This document shows positions 19,965 through 29,719 of a DNA stretch of 53,672 nucleotides, one piece after another. The stretch comes from Verrucomicrobiota bacterium (lineage in GTDB: Bacteria; Verrucomicrobiota; Verrucomicrobiia; Opitutales; Seribacteraceae), in the NCBI GenBank assembly GCA_027622665.1, contig JAQBYT010000029.1:1-53672 (forward strand), given 5' to 3'. Numbering within the stretch: the stretch's first letter is position 1; each line of letters starts with the position of its first letter. The position numbers and the translations under genes are program-made. Under the pieces are notes generated by a model, which saw only the letters and a program-made list of their open reading frames with translations, was not told where the DNA came from and searched no databases.

Positions 19965-20609
19965 ATGAAAGGTCTCCTCACGATTCTTTGCCTGTCGTCG
20001 GCGCTTGCAGGTTGCCAAAAGCCCGACCTGGAGGACGCCGACGTGTTCGAGGCAATCGCATCGGGTGCGATCGACCCCGGTACGCTGGAAGCAAAGAGAG
20101 TAAAGGGGCTGCTGGTGTTGTGCATCCCCGACACGGAAAAACCATACTCGGGATGGGTGAAGGAAACCTACGAAAAGGGTCAACTTCAGAACTTGGGATA
20201 CCTGAACGACGGGGCGAAGGACGGTCTCTGGATCTCTTGGCACGAAAACGGGCGTAAGCAGATGAAGATTCGCTACGAGAAAGACATTCTTCACGGAACC
20301 ATGTCCACATGGTATGCAAACGGACAAAAAAAGGGAGTCGGCCAAATCAAGGATGGGGAAATGGACGGACGATGGGAAGAGTGGTACGAGAACGGCTGGA
20401 AATCAAAAGCGCAGAACTGCGACCTCGGCAAACTCATCTCAGCTACAGTCTGGAAGCCGGATGGCGAAAAGTGCCCGGTGACCAACGTCGTGAACGGCAA
20501 CGGGGAACTAATCGACTACAACGATGACGGCACGATCGAGATACGCTACACCATTAAGGACGGAGTCGGGATAAAGGACTCCACTCGTACGGGTGAGACC
20601 TCTCCTTGA
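19965..20609 (+). CDS. MORN-variant repeat (YwqK-like) lipoprotein
   Basis: LAGC lipobox; repeated DG.W..W(H/Y)ENG.K; WKPDGEKCPVTNVVNGNG cap. Confidence 0.85.
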   Translation: MKGLLTILCLSSALAGCQKPDLEDADVFEAIASGAIDPGTLEAKRVKGLLVLCIPDTEKPYSGWVKETYEKGQLQNLGYLNDGAKDGLWISWHENGRKQMKIRYEKDILHGTMSTWYANGQKKGVGQIKDGEMDGRWEEWYENGWKSKAQNCDLGKLISATVWKPDGEKCPVTNVVNGNGELIDYNDDGTIEIRYTIKDGVGIKDSTRTGETSP

Positions 20610-20648
20610 CCTTAAGCACCGCCCCACCCCACTGGATTTCAGGGACTA

Positions 20649-21371
20649 TCAACCGGTTTGGGCCACATAGACCGCACCCTTGGAAGTGCCCCCCAGCAAT
20701 GCATTGGCAAATTCGATGGTGTGAGCTTCGGCCCGAGCGAACACTTTGCCCAAATGCTTGGTGAAGGAGGCTTCGGGTTCACCGTCCGCCCAGAGGGCAA
20801 AAACGCTGCCCGGGTTCAAGTGCCGAGCGAGTTCTCCCAGCCCTTCCTCACTGTAAAAACGCTCGTTCGTACGGTTCAATAGGTTTGTCGGTGTGTGATC
20901 GATGTCGAGCAAGATGGCATCATGTTTCTTTGACGGGGCGTTCGGATCAAAACTTGTCTCGACGTTCCGAGAGAGAGCAAAAAAAACGGCGTGCACCAGA
21001 CGGCAACGCGAATCCTCGGCCAACACCTTGCCCAAAGGGACCAAGCCTTGTTGGTGCCACTCGATCACCGGTTTCAGGTAATCAACCACGACAAGGGACG
21101 AGATACGTGAATCCTCCAAGGCGGATACCGCAGTGTAACCGAGACCAAGTCCGCCGACAACAACGTCGAGATCGTCTTTTTCCAACACGCCAAGCCCAAG
21201 TTTAGACAACTGGTGCTCCGCCTCATGAAAGAGGCTAGACATCAGGAAATCATCGCCCAGCTTCACCTCGTAGATGTCGAGCTCACCGAATTGGGGCATC
21301 CGACGACGGCGCAACAGCAAATCCCCCAGTGGGGTCTCCCGAAAGTCCAGTTCCTCGAAGCTTAAGCTCAT
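20649..21371 (-). CDS. Spermidine synthase-like SAM-binding protein
   Basis: FEELDF.ETPLG.L.LRRR, VVGGLGLGYT, DAILLDIDH. Confidence 0.85.
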   Translation of the reverse strand: MSLSFEELDFRETPLGDLLLRRRRMPQFGELDIYEVKLGDDFLMSSLFHEAEHQLSKLGLGVLEKDDLDVVVGGLGLGYTAVSALEDSRISSLVVVDYLKPVIEWHQQGLVPLGKVLAEDSRCRLVHAVFFALSRNVETSFDPNAPSKKHDAILLDIDHTPTNLLNRTNERFYSEEGLGELARHLNPGSVFALWADGEPEASFTKHLGKVFARAEAHTIEFANALLGGTSKGAVYVAQTG

Positions 21372-21553
21372 ACTTGCATCAAGAGATAGTCGAAGCGTTG
21401 AGCAAGTTAAATAGGAGATTGCGTCCATGGTGGTCCCGATGTTTAAGCATGCTAAATAGAGCTGACGGAACACTAGAGTTTTACGAGGACTCAAAGCCAT
21501 ATAGCCTGTGCGGGTGCTTGCCATAAAGCTTTGGGCTACTTTACATTAAGGGC

Positions 21554-22217
21554 ATGAAGTCCTCTCCGGCGCTACCGGTTACAATTCTTTGCCGGTTTGT
21601 CGGAGGATGCGAAACAGTCGGAACAGGAATAGACTCTATAAGTGACCCAGTGAGCGAGCATCAAGATGCCGCTCATGAGGTGGCGAGATTTCGCGACTGG
21701 ATGATTCCTTTCAAAGCCAATCCTGCCTTTGAGGACATGAACAAAAGGCAATTGAACAGGGCATTAGAAGAGCTGAACCATGCGACGAACAGACTTTTCT
21801 TCGCCTCGAGAAACTTGCAGTGACTCCCCCACTAGAGCCTGTAGCTATGAGATGGAGCGTCATTCGGAGCGACAAGACTTTGGCATTTGCCGCAAATCTA
21901 GGGGCAAAACCCGGGGATGGGATCTGGACGAAATGGGCGATTCAAGGGGGCCGAAAATTTTTGCAACTTCAAATCGTAGACGGATTGAAGGATGGAGCCG
22001 AATCGACATTCTACCCAATAGGTGAAAAGAAGTCGGAGACTCTTTACTGAAAGGGGAAGCGAAACGGCACATTCGTGGCTTGGGGATCAGTGGTAAGAAA
22101 ACGCAGGAAGGCCGCTACAAAAACGACAAAAGGGATGGCCTGTGGATTAATTACGGTCAAGGCGGTAAGGGAAGTCATCGGATTACCTATCAAAATGGTA
22201 TCGAGGTGAAGGAGTGA
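21554..22217 (+). pseudogene. Disrupted MORN-repeat lipoprotein
   Basis: VGGC lipobox-like start; MORN pieces DGIWTKW, DGLKDGAESTFY, KNDKRDGLWINY split by a stop at 22048-22050 and frameshifts. Confidence 0.7.
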
Positions 22218-22362
22218 AGGACACCGTTGCGTCATGCCACGCCATTTTCCAGGAAAGTGATACGAAACCGAGATTGACAAACCGACAAAGGCATTGCCCT
22301 ATTACTTCTACCCCCTACCATCTCAGTTACTAGCTTCCTACAAAAAACATACTCTCCATGCC

Positions 22363-22692
22363 ATGAACGCCGAACGCCTTGCCTATTTTCGCGAATGCTT
22401 GGAATCCCTCACCGAGGAAGTCAAGGCGTACTTGACCTCCAGCAAGGAATCCGCCGGCGTGGTCGAATTGGATACCTCGATTGGCCGCCTCTCGAGAATG
22501 GACTTGATGCAGAACCAACAAATGGCGATGGAACTGCGGCGGCGGAAGAAGAATCAGTTGCTGCAAATTACCAATGCCCTGACACGGATTGATCAAGAGA
22601 TCTACGGTCAGTGCGGCCTATGCCGACAACCGATTGCCGAAGACCGCTTGGAAGCTTTTCCGGAAATAGTGACCTGTGTGAACTGCGCCTAG
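22363..22692 (+). CDS. TraR/DksA C4 zinc-finger protein
   Basis: IGRLSRMD coiled-coil tip; YGQCGLC...RLEAFP...CVNC. Confidence 0.9.
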   Translation: MNAERLAYFRECLESLTEEVKAYLTSSKESAGVVELDTSIGRLSRMDLMQNQQMAMELRRRKKNQLLQITNALTRIDQEIYGQCGLCRQPIAEDRLEAFPEIVTCVNCA

Positions 22693-22724
22693 AAGTAGGC
22701 AGAGAAATCAGCTCCGCAAAGATC

Positions 22725-22752
22725 GGGATAAGGGTGTCACCTTTTCCCTTTT
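22725..22752 (+). terminator. Putative intrinsic terminator
   Basis: gggataaggg-tgtca-ccttttccc imperfect hairpin followed by tttt. Confidence 0.35.
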
Positions 22753-23434
22753 CTCCTTCACCCCATGGGCGACCTCGTCGGAGTCCACGCAGACTAAACT
22801 GAGTTTGACTCATCCGCAAGAACCTAGAGGAAAGCAGGTCGAGACGACAAAAGGAAGTGGATACAAGTTCCGGTAGAATGGTTCCGCATGGGAAAGTCGC
22901 GGTAATGGCTTGGTTTGGGGATGCCGCTCATTACTTTCCCCATGACGTGAAACTGAAATGGGGAAGGCAAAAGTTCATGTTGCCCAATCCGGTTTGCGGA
23001 AGTTGGTCGTCGCCCATCATCTGATCACGAACCATGGAACCGACTTTTAATCCTACAGCAGCTTGTAACCATGAATGATAAATTCAAAAACAGAACGGCT
23101 TGCATGTTTTTAAACACTCGATCCAATGTGATTTCACAATCCGGGGGAGAGTTCTGGGATTAGATTGCTGTCAATGGAATGACAAACAAAACCATGGTGA
23201 TATTGTGCAAGAAAAATGGCTGGTAAGCCAGTGGGCACTTAATTTAAAGTTTAATTATTCTGAAACGGAGTCCAAACCCCACTGTTTCGATTGTTCTCCT
23301 GCAAATCCCTAATTGTTCTTAATGAAACCGTTACCTTTCTTTGGTAATTCTTTACATTATTGTGCGTCATTATAGTATTTTGACATCTCCGAAATATATT
23401 TCCAGTTACTACAGTAATCCTAAATACAAAATAA

Positions 23435-23908
23435 ATGAAAAAAAACATACTTATCCTTATAACTTCAGGAGCATTGGCTTGCTCAATGATGCCTTTGCTT
23501 GGGCAACAGGGTGGTCCCGCCGCTCCTAACACAGTCGCACCCGCTCCTGCAGCCGCAGTTCCCGCTGGTCAAGTCGCACCCGCTCCTGCCGCCGCAGTTC
23601 CCGCCGATAAAGAAGTCGCACCCGCTCCTGCCGCCGCCGGTCCAGTCGGAGCGCCACGCACGAGCGCTCCAAACCGCCGAGCGCCACGCACGAGCGCTCC
23701 AAACCGCCGAGCGCCACGTACCGAGGCACCACGTACAATCGCACCACGTCCCGGCGCACCACGTACAAACGCTCCGGTTCCCGGCGCACCACGTACAAAC
23801 GCACCGGTTCCCGGCGCACCACGTACAAACGCACCGGTTCCCGGCGCTCCACGTACAAACGCACCACGTCCCGGCGCAGCTTCTACAGATGGCAACAGCA
23901 ACCCATAA
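23435..23908 (+). CDS. Secreted Pro/Ala/Arg-rich tandem-repeat protein
   Basis: MKKNILILITSGALAC leader; VAPAPAAA x3 then APRT x8; AT-rich upstream region. Confidence 0.75.
   Translation: MKKNILILITSGALACSMMPLLGQQGGPAAPNTVAPAPAAAVPAGQVAPAPAAAVPADKEVAPAPAAAGPVGAPRTSAPNRRAPRTSAPNRRAPRTEAPRTIAPRPGAPRTNAPVPGAPRTNAPVPGAPRTNAPVPGAPRTNAPRPGAASTDGNSNP
23533..23878. repeat. Coding tandem repeats (39/42-bp then 30-bp units)
   Basis: agtcgcacccgctcctgc at 23533, 23572 and 23614; cccggcgc(a/t)ccacgtacaaacgc units at 30-bp period. Confidence 0.92.
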
Positions 23909-23956
23909 GCTAAAATTAAGAATGCGCGGGTTATCATGAAAATGTTTAGCCATTCT

Positions 23957-24617
23957 TTATCCGCCGCCCCAACTTGGCAACTTGATAGGCTTGATGAATG
24001 ACGGAGCACCTATAGCTTTCATCTGGCGCTTATAAATTTTGCCTCCACTGGTGACAAACAGGGTGTCCATTCTTTCTCCACCAAAACAGACACTCGTAGC
24101 CCCGGCATTCGGCATAGGCATTGGTAATATTCCTCGAGCGCGCCCGTTGCGATCAAAGACCTGAACGCCCATATGAGTTGCCACATAAGGTCGACCGTCT
24201 CTATCCATACACATATTGCCTGCACCACTTGCCTCGGCCCAATCCGGAACATGAGACCAGAAAAAACGCTGTTTTAATCCAACGTCCCCCGCAGTCTTTA
24301 CCCGATAAATATAACCCCAGTGACTTTGGCTCTCCATCACCATGAGCCATAATCCATCTGGAGATAAGGAAATAGCTGTTGGTGCTTTGAGCCCTTTGTC
24401 GAGTAGGGTTTTCGATCTATCGGACTTGATCAGGCAAACTTCTCCCGTAGTCGCTTTTGTGGCATAACTATCACCTCGATCCGTCACGGTCAGGCAACTC
24501 ACATTAACATCTTCAGCGATTACCGCCTTAGCTTCGGCAGTAAATCCAAAAGCACGATCAATCGGTATCTCAACAGCCTTGCTCACCTTGCCATCGAGGC
24601 TGAGCTTTTGTGTAACT
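23957..24617 (-). pseudogene. 5'-truncated SMP-30/gluconolactonase-family gene
   Basis: ISLSPDG, HVPDW, DRDGRPYVAT.MGVQVFD, SVCFGG..DTLFVT; the 5' end runs into MORN sequence in another frame. Confidence 0.72.
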
Positions 24618-24980
24618 TTCGCCGTCCTTGTAGGTAGTGCGTTCGGATTCCGTTCCGCCCTCGTCGTAGAAAACCATAACTCCATTCCCATTCATGACAT
24701 TGGTATGGGGACACTTCTCGCCATTCTTTTTCCAAACAACGGCCGTAATCATGTTGCCGTCCTCCCAGTTTCCTTCACCAGCCTTCGGGCTGCTTTAGGG
24801 AGCGGACTGGTTTCCATCAGTTGTGGAGTTCAGTTCGTTCGTCTCGTTTACATCACAACAGCTCTCATTAGCATCACAAGAACCGTTGGGATCATCGGTT
24901 ACAGGAGCTTCTTCCACGTTTTGTCCGCAGGAAAACAAGAATAAGGCTGGTAAGAGAATTGTAACATGTACTAATTTCAT
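24618..24980 (-). pseudogene. Disrupted MORN-type lipoprotein
   Basis: MKLVHVTILLPALFLFSC lipoprotein start, in-frame TAA at 24795-24797, then WEDGNMITAVVWKKNGEKCPHTNVMNGNG matching the C-terminus of the 19965 gene. Confidence 0.75.
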
Positions 24981-25129
24981 CCCCCCATCAAACCACCCGA
25001 GCAGGGCGGAGTCAAGGGCGGGCAACCGCTTTGCCGATCCATTGACGTCGAAGGCTGGGGGTTACCAGGGGGATAGAGCAAGGGCTATTGGCGCGGACTT
25101 CAGGTCATCACCTGCAAGATATTGAGAAG

Positions 25130-25591
25130 CTATATTTTTTGAACAAGCTCTATCCCTTCATCTGTTATCTTTATCTTACCCTGTTTATATAGACCACCTA
25201 TTGCTTGCTTAAATACTTTTTTACTTACTTGAAATTCATTCTTTATATCTTCAGGAGAACTTTTATCGGCAAATTCAGATTTACCACCAGCCGCTTTAAG
25301 ATGAGTCAGGATTTTGTCAGAAGTTGAGTGAACATGCCTGCCTTTATCTGGCTGCAAGGAAACATCAATCCTACCATCTTCTCGAATAGCTGTAATATAT
25401 CCTTTAAGTTTTTGCCCTTCTTGGTACTCATCATAAACCTGATTACCATAAACCAATCCTGTATACTCATCATTGATCGCTACTTTCATCCCCAAATCAG
25501 TAAAGGCGTATACCTCCAAGTCCACTTCCTCCCATCGAGTAAATTCGTCCGGCTCAACTGTTTCGATTAAATACTCATAATTATTTTTCAT
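25130..25591 (-). CDS. Short CvfB-like S1 / winged-helix RNA-binding protein
   Basis: TDLGMKVAIN..YTGLVY, IREDGRIDVSLQ, DKSSPEDIK..F.VSKKVFK.AIG.LYK; visibly low GC. Confidence 0.85.
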   Translation of the reverse strand: MKNNYEYLIETVEPDEFTRWEEVDLEVYAFTDLGMKVAINDEYTGLVYGNQVYDEYQEGQKLKGYITAIREDGRIDVSLQPDKGRHVHSTSDKILTHLKAAGGKSEFADKSSPEDIKNEFQVSKKVFKQAIGGLYKQGKIKITDEGIELVQKI

Positions 25592-25659
25592 TTCCTGTTA
25601 TCTATAACTAATCTTTAGACTTTAGAAACCATCGATTTTGATTTGTTCGCCGTCGAGCT

Positions 25660-25980
25660 TTGTGTTTGCAATTACAAACGTCAGAGTGGAGGCGTAGCTG
25701 TAAGTCTTTGCCTCGTCAATTGCCTGACGGATTCCGTGCAAAGAGTTGCGAGGACGCCAATTATAATGCCGAAGCATTCGCTAGAGCTTGTGGTCCTGGC
25801 TCAGGAGAAAGTATTATCAAATTACAAACAACTTCTCACATTGTTAGAATTGGCGATTTTCAATGGACGAAAAATCATGCAGGTAATTGGCATAAAGTAG
25901 GAAAGCCATCTCCGCATGGAACTCGTTATGTTCCTCAAGCCGCTAAAGATGCTCAAGCTATAGCCGACTACATGGAATAG
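25660..25980 (+). CDS. Hypothetical protein or gene remnant
   Basis: 106-codon ORF with TTG start; no recognised motif. Confidence 0.3.
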   Translation: MCLQLQTSEWRRSCKSLPRQLPDGFRAKSCEDANYNAEAFARACGPGSGESIIKLQTTSHIVRIGDFQWTKNHAGNWHKVGKPSPHGTRYVPQAAKDAQAIADYME

Positions 25981-26352
25981 CGTAGTAAGTTCGTTTCCCT
26001 TAAATGCAAAGCGACGAGTCAAATTGAAGCCGCCCTCCCCGCCCTTGACTCGCCCCCGGCTTGATTCGCTGCAGCAAATATACTTAGGCGACACTACCTT
26101 GCGGCAAAACAATTGCCCCCATATGCAAAAAATTGCGTGGGGGTATTTATGAATCATAAGAAAAAGCGCAGATCCGCAGCCAACCCCCGCCCCCCCCGTG
26201 ATTTCACTGTCACTTTTTCTGCCAGTTTATTCAGTTTTAGGCACCCTCTATACAAATCCGTAAAATTGAAAAAACAGTAGAACGAAAAAGCATCCCACCC
26301 TCGAATGCATGATAGAAACTAATTCCTGCCGCTACTTGCATATCGTTTCGAA

Positions 26353-26429
26353 TGGTGCGGGAGGCGGGACTTGAACCCGCGACCGATGGTTTAGAAAACC
26401 ATTGCTCTATCCAACTGAGCTACTCCCGC
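26353..26429 (-). tRNA. tRNA-Arg (anticodon TCT)
   Basis: GCGGGAGTAGCTCAGTTGGATAGAGCA-ATGGT-TTTCTAA-ACCAT-CGGTCGCGGGTTCAAGTCCCGCCTCCCGCACCA; full cloverleaf with encoded CCA. Confidence 0.96.
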
Positions 26430-26552
26430 AATCCTAATTTCTAAAAGGGAAAGGACGATTTAACTTACACCTTGAAACGACCTTTTGTCACCCATTTTTG
26501 TATGACTTGAGAATTTGACATGCAAAAGGATAAGTGAAAAAAGGCTGAGTTA

Positions 26553-26860
26553 GTGAAGGTGGCTGAATGTCTTTACCGCAATCAATCATTGGAAACATAC
26601 TACGCTTTGGTGAAGCGAAATGAAAGGCAAATCCGAAGATCGCTGAAGACTCAGGATAGGAAATTAGCGGAAAGAAGGCTAAAGGATTTCAGGCAGTCAG
26701 CGGAAAGATTGAGCGAAGGCAAAGACGTCAAAAGGCTAACCTTCAATGAACTGTCGGAACGATGGGCGCCTACAGCTACCGCCGATCTAAAGCCCGCCAG
26801 CAAAAGGAGCGGCGAGTATGCATTGGCAGGAGGAATGGTTCTCGACAATCCTTCGACGTC
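26553..26860 (+). pseudogene. Tyrosine integrase N-terminal remnant
   Basis: VAECLYR...YYALVKR...IRRSLKTQDRKLAERRL, LTFNELSERW, LKPAS, MVLDNPS; no catalytic R-H-R-Y domain. Confidence 0.72.
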
Positions 26861-26871
26861 GAAATTTATGA

Positions 26872-28083
26872 TCAGTAATCGGAAATTGATCCGTCCGGCA
26901 ATCGACCGCGGGTTGGCCATTCGGGTTTACTCGGCGTTTTTGCGATTTCGGCCAATTTCTTTTCATCGATTTCACAGCACAAGCCAGTTCCTTCGGGTAA
27001 TGACGCGTAACCGTCCTTGTCGATCGACCAATTCTTTTTCACCAATCCCGGTGGAGATATACTTGGGTAGTATTCGTGGATGAGGAAGAGAGGAACCGAG
27101 GCGCTGCAGTGCAAGCTGGCCGTGGCTCCAAGGTCGGTAGTCACGCAGTGAGGAGCGATAGGCACTTGATACGCCTCGCCGAGGATCGCAATTTTCCGAA
27201 GTTGAGTAATGCCACCGGTATGGGCGCAGTCGACTTCCAGTATGTCGGCGCAACCTTCTTGCAGATAACCAATGACATCCCAGATTGTGCGGGCTTGTTC
27301 ACCTATAGCCAACGGAATGTCGATGTGCCGTTTGAGTCGCTTGAAGACTTCCATGTTACCGGGAACCGCCGGCTCTTCTATGTAGAACACGTCATACGGT
27401 TTTATTGCCGATGCAAATTGTATGAGAAACGGCGGCGGCATAGCACAGTGAGCATCAAACATCACGATGCCATCGGGACCGACTCGCTTGCGGGCGTTCT
27501 CAACTTTCTTAACCATCGACTCGATCTGCTTTGGGGTTCCTGAGAACGGTTGCGGCCCGCATCCGACTTTTGTGGCGCTAGGCGTTGGATAGAACCTGAC
27601 CTTGTCGCGTGTCGGTCCTCCTAGCAGTCGATAAACCGGCACCCCCCACAATTTTCCGGTGATGTCCCACAAAGCCATGTCGATGCCGGCCAACGTGTGC
27701 GTCATGAACGGGCCGCCCCTCATGTCGCGGTGTGAGCGATAAATTTTCTGCCACAGGTGCTCGATCCGTGTTGGGTTCTCACCATCGAGCAGTTCAAACA
27801 AGGACTTCGCCAGAGTGGCGGCAACATATGGTTCCAGTTGGTCGATTTCGCCCCAACCCGTGACACCTTGATTCGTTTCAAGCTTAAGGAACACTTTACG
27901 CTGCATCGGCGTTGCGGTCAGCTTCGTGATTTTGATCGTAGCCGTTTTGTCGGTAACATTGGCCGCGGGGTTTTTGTCCCCTTGAGCACCCATCGCATCA
28001 TTCATACTTGGGCCAAAACCAAGGCCTGCTAATCCGCCTGCAGCTATACCCAACGAAGCAAGGCATTCTCTTCGACTTTTCAT
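26872..28083 (-). CDS. Mandelate racemase / galactonate dehydratase-like enolase, Tat signal
   Basis: SRRECL; GIDMALWDITGK, FDAH, IEEP, GE, APH, IHE. Confidence 0.92.
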   Translation of the reverse strand: MKSRRECLASLGIAAGGLAGLGFGPSMNDAMGAQGDKNPAANVTDKTATIKITKLTATPMQRKVFLKLETNQGVTGWGEIDQLEPYVAATLAKSLFELLDGENPTRIEHLWQKIYRSHRDMRGGPFMTHTLAGIDMALWDITGKLWGVPVYRLLGGPTRDKVRFYPTPSATKVGCGPQPFSGTPKQIESMVKKVENARKRVGPDGIVMFDAHCAMPPPFLIQFASAIKPYDVFYIEEPAVPGNMEVFKRLKRHIDIPLAIGEQARTIWDVIGYLQEGCADILEVDCAHTGGITQLRKIAILGEAYQVPIAPHCVTTDLGATASLHCSASVPLFLIHEYYPSISPPGLVKKNWSIDKDGYASLPEGTGLCCEIDEKKLAEIAKTPSKPEWPTRGRLPDGSISDY

Positions 28084-28117
28084 AGTGTTTCCCTTAATTA
28101 TTCAATTCCAGTTAATT

Positions 28118-29338
28118 CTAATAATCCGCGATGGACCCATCCTTCAATTTTGCACCGGGCCAACGATAGGATTGCGGTTTTTTTGACTCTTGCTCGAGTA
28201 GTTTTTCATCTACCTCGACTCCTAAGCCCGGGCCTGGCGGCAAGCCGACGTACCCTTGCTCATCCAACTTGAAATCCATACGGGTAAGAACCGGAACGTT
28301 GAAGCCTGCGTTCTTGGGATAGAACTCGTGGATGAGAAATAACGGGATCGACGAAACCACATGCAAGCTCGCCGCTATACCGAGGAACGTAGCCGTGCAA
28401 TGCGGCGCGATTGGAACGTGATACGCCTCTGCCAGTACCGCAATTTTCTTCATCTGACTGATACCACCGGTGTGATTGCAGTCGGGTTGCAGGATGTCAA
28501 TTACACCTTCCTGTAAATACGGAATCACGCCCCAAATCGTTCGATCGCGTTCACCGGTGGCCAAAGGAATATTGATGTGTTGCCTGATCCGCTTGAAGAC
28601 CTCGATGTTGCCCGGCACTGCAGGCTCTTCGATAAACAATAAGTCATAGGGTTTGAGGGCCGCTGCAAGCTGGATCAGTGTTGCGGGCGGAACTGCCGAA
28701 TGTGCATCAAACATTACGGCGCCTTCCGGGCCGACCTGTTCTCGGGCTCGTGCGATTGCCTTCACCATGCGATCGATGTCGGTTGGGGTGCCGGCGTGCC
28801 CATAGATCCCGTGTGGTGGGACTTTCTGTGCCTTATCAGTATGGTAAACGCGAATACGATCGCGCGTTGGGCCACCCATGAGTCGATACACCGGTACATT
28901 CCAAAGCTTTCCCGTTAAATCCCACAAGGCAATGTCGATCGCTGCGATCGAATGAACCATCAAAGCGCCCGCTCGCATGTTCCGGTGAGCGCGAAAGAGT
29001 TTCTGCCAGAGATATTCGATCCGAGTAGGGTTCTCTCCATCGAGTAATTCAAATAAAGATTTGACCAACACCTTAGCCGGGCGAGGGTCTACTCCCTTCA
29101 GGTCCCCCCAGCCACTGATTCCGTGATTCGTCTCGATCTTCACATACACCACGGAGCCCACCCAGTAAGTCTTCATCGCCGTGATCCGAATGCTTGACGA
29201 GCGATCGGCAACCTGCTTGCCGACAATCTTTTCATCTGCAACCGAGTTTTGCGCCAAGGTCATTCCTGCGGTGATCGTGCCCAATCCCGTAAGTAAATCG
29301 CGCCGACTGAAGAAATTGCTGAATCTATTCCGCTTCAT
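28118..29338 (-). CDS. Mandelate racemase / galactonate dehydratase-like enolase, Tat signal (paralogue)
   Basis: SRRDLL; IDIALWDLTGK, FDAH, IEEP, TGER, QPD, APH, IHE. Confidence 0.92.
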   Translation of the reverse strand: MKRNRFSNFFSRRDLLTGLGTITAGMTLAQNSVADEKIVGKQVADRSSSIRITAMKTYWVGSVVYVKIETNHGISGWGDLKGVDPRPAKVLVKSLFELLDGENPTRIEYLWQKLFRAHRNMRAGALMVHSIAAIDIALWDLTGKLWNVPVYRLMGGPTRDRIRVYHTDKAQKVPPHGIYGHAGTPTDIDRMVKAIARAREQVGPEGAVMFDAHSAVPPATLIQLAAALKPYDLLFIEEPAVPGNIEVFKRIRQHINIPLATGERDRTIWGVIPYLQEGVIDILQPDCNHTGGISQMKKIAVLAEAYHVPIAPHCTATFLGIAASLHVVSSIPLFLIHEFYPKNAGFNVPVLTRMDFKLDEQGYVGLPPGPGLGVEVDEKLLEQESKKPQSYRWPGAKLKDGSIADY

Positions 29339-29719
29339 AAAAACCTTCTTGCATCTCGTGAAAGTAAGGACTGTAGGACTAATCCCCGCATGGAAACATC
29401 TGCTACCGACAGGTAGATACTGATTGTCTGAAATCCCTCATCAGTTGTGAATTGTCCACTCACCTTTTTGCAATACGTGTAAGAAACCGAGCACTAGAAA
29501 AATGAGAAATGTGTTTCCCTCTATGCTGATCAGCAACCTAAATCAGATTGTTTACTCACTATATTTCAATTAGGGCATGTACACATTGTTTTAAGCGACC
29601 TCTTTTCATGAACTTCGATTTCCCTGAAACAAAGTAGAGGGACCAAGAGGCGAGAGCTCCGACAAAAGCTCTTCCGCAATAAAAAGCCCCTTCAATGACA
29701 GGGCGATGTGCTGTTTCCC

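Noticed and set aside
22760..23230. Possible gene remnants between dksA-like gene and the repeat protein
   Set aside because: Short interrupted frames with no family I can identify.
23533..23878. Possible CRISPR array
   Set aside because: Units are contiguous multiples of 3 with no unique spacers, lie inside an ORF, and no cas genes are present.
26000..26340. C-run-rich intergenic DNA suggestive of a phage end or origin
   Set aside because: No iterons or phage genes; impression only.
26386..26402. tRNA read as an amber suppressor (CTA in the loop)
   Set aside because: The stem ATGGT/ACCAT closes a 7-nt loop TTTCTAA whose central triplet is TCT (Arg).
26553..27083. 176-aa ORF as an intact integrase
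   Set aside because: No catalytic domain; the last 70 codons are antisense to the enolase gene.
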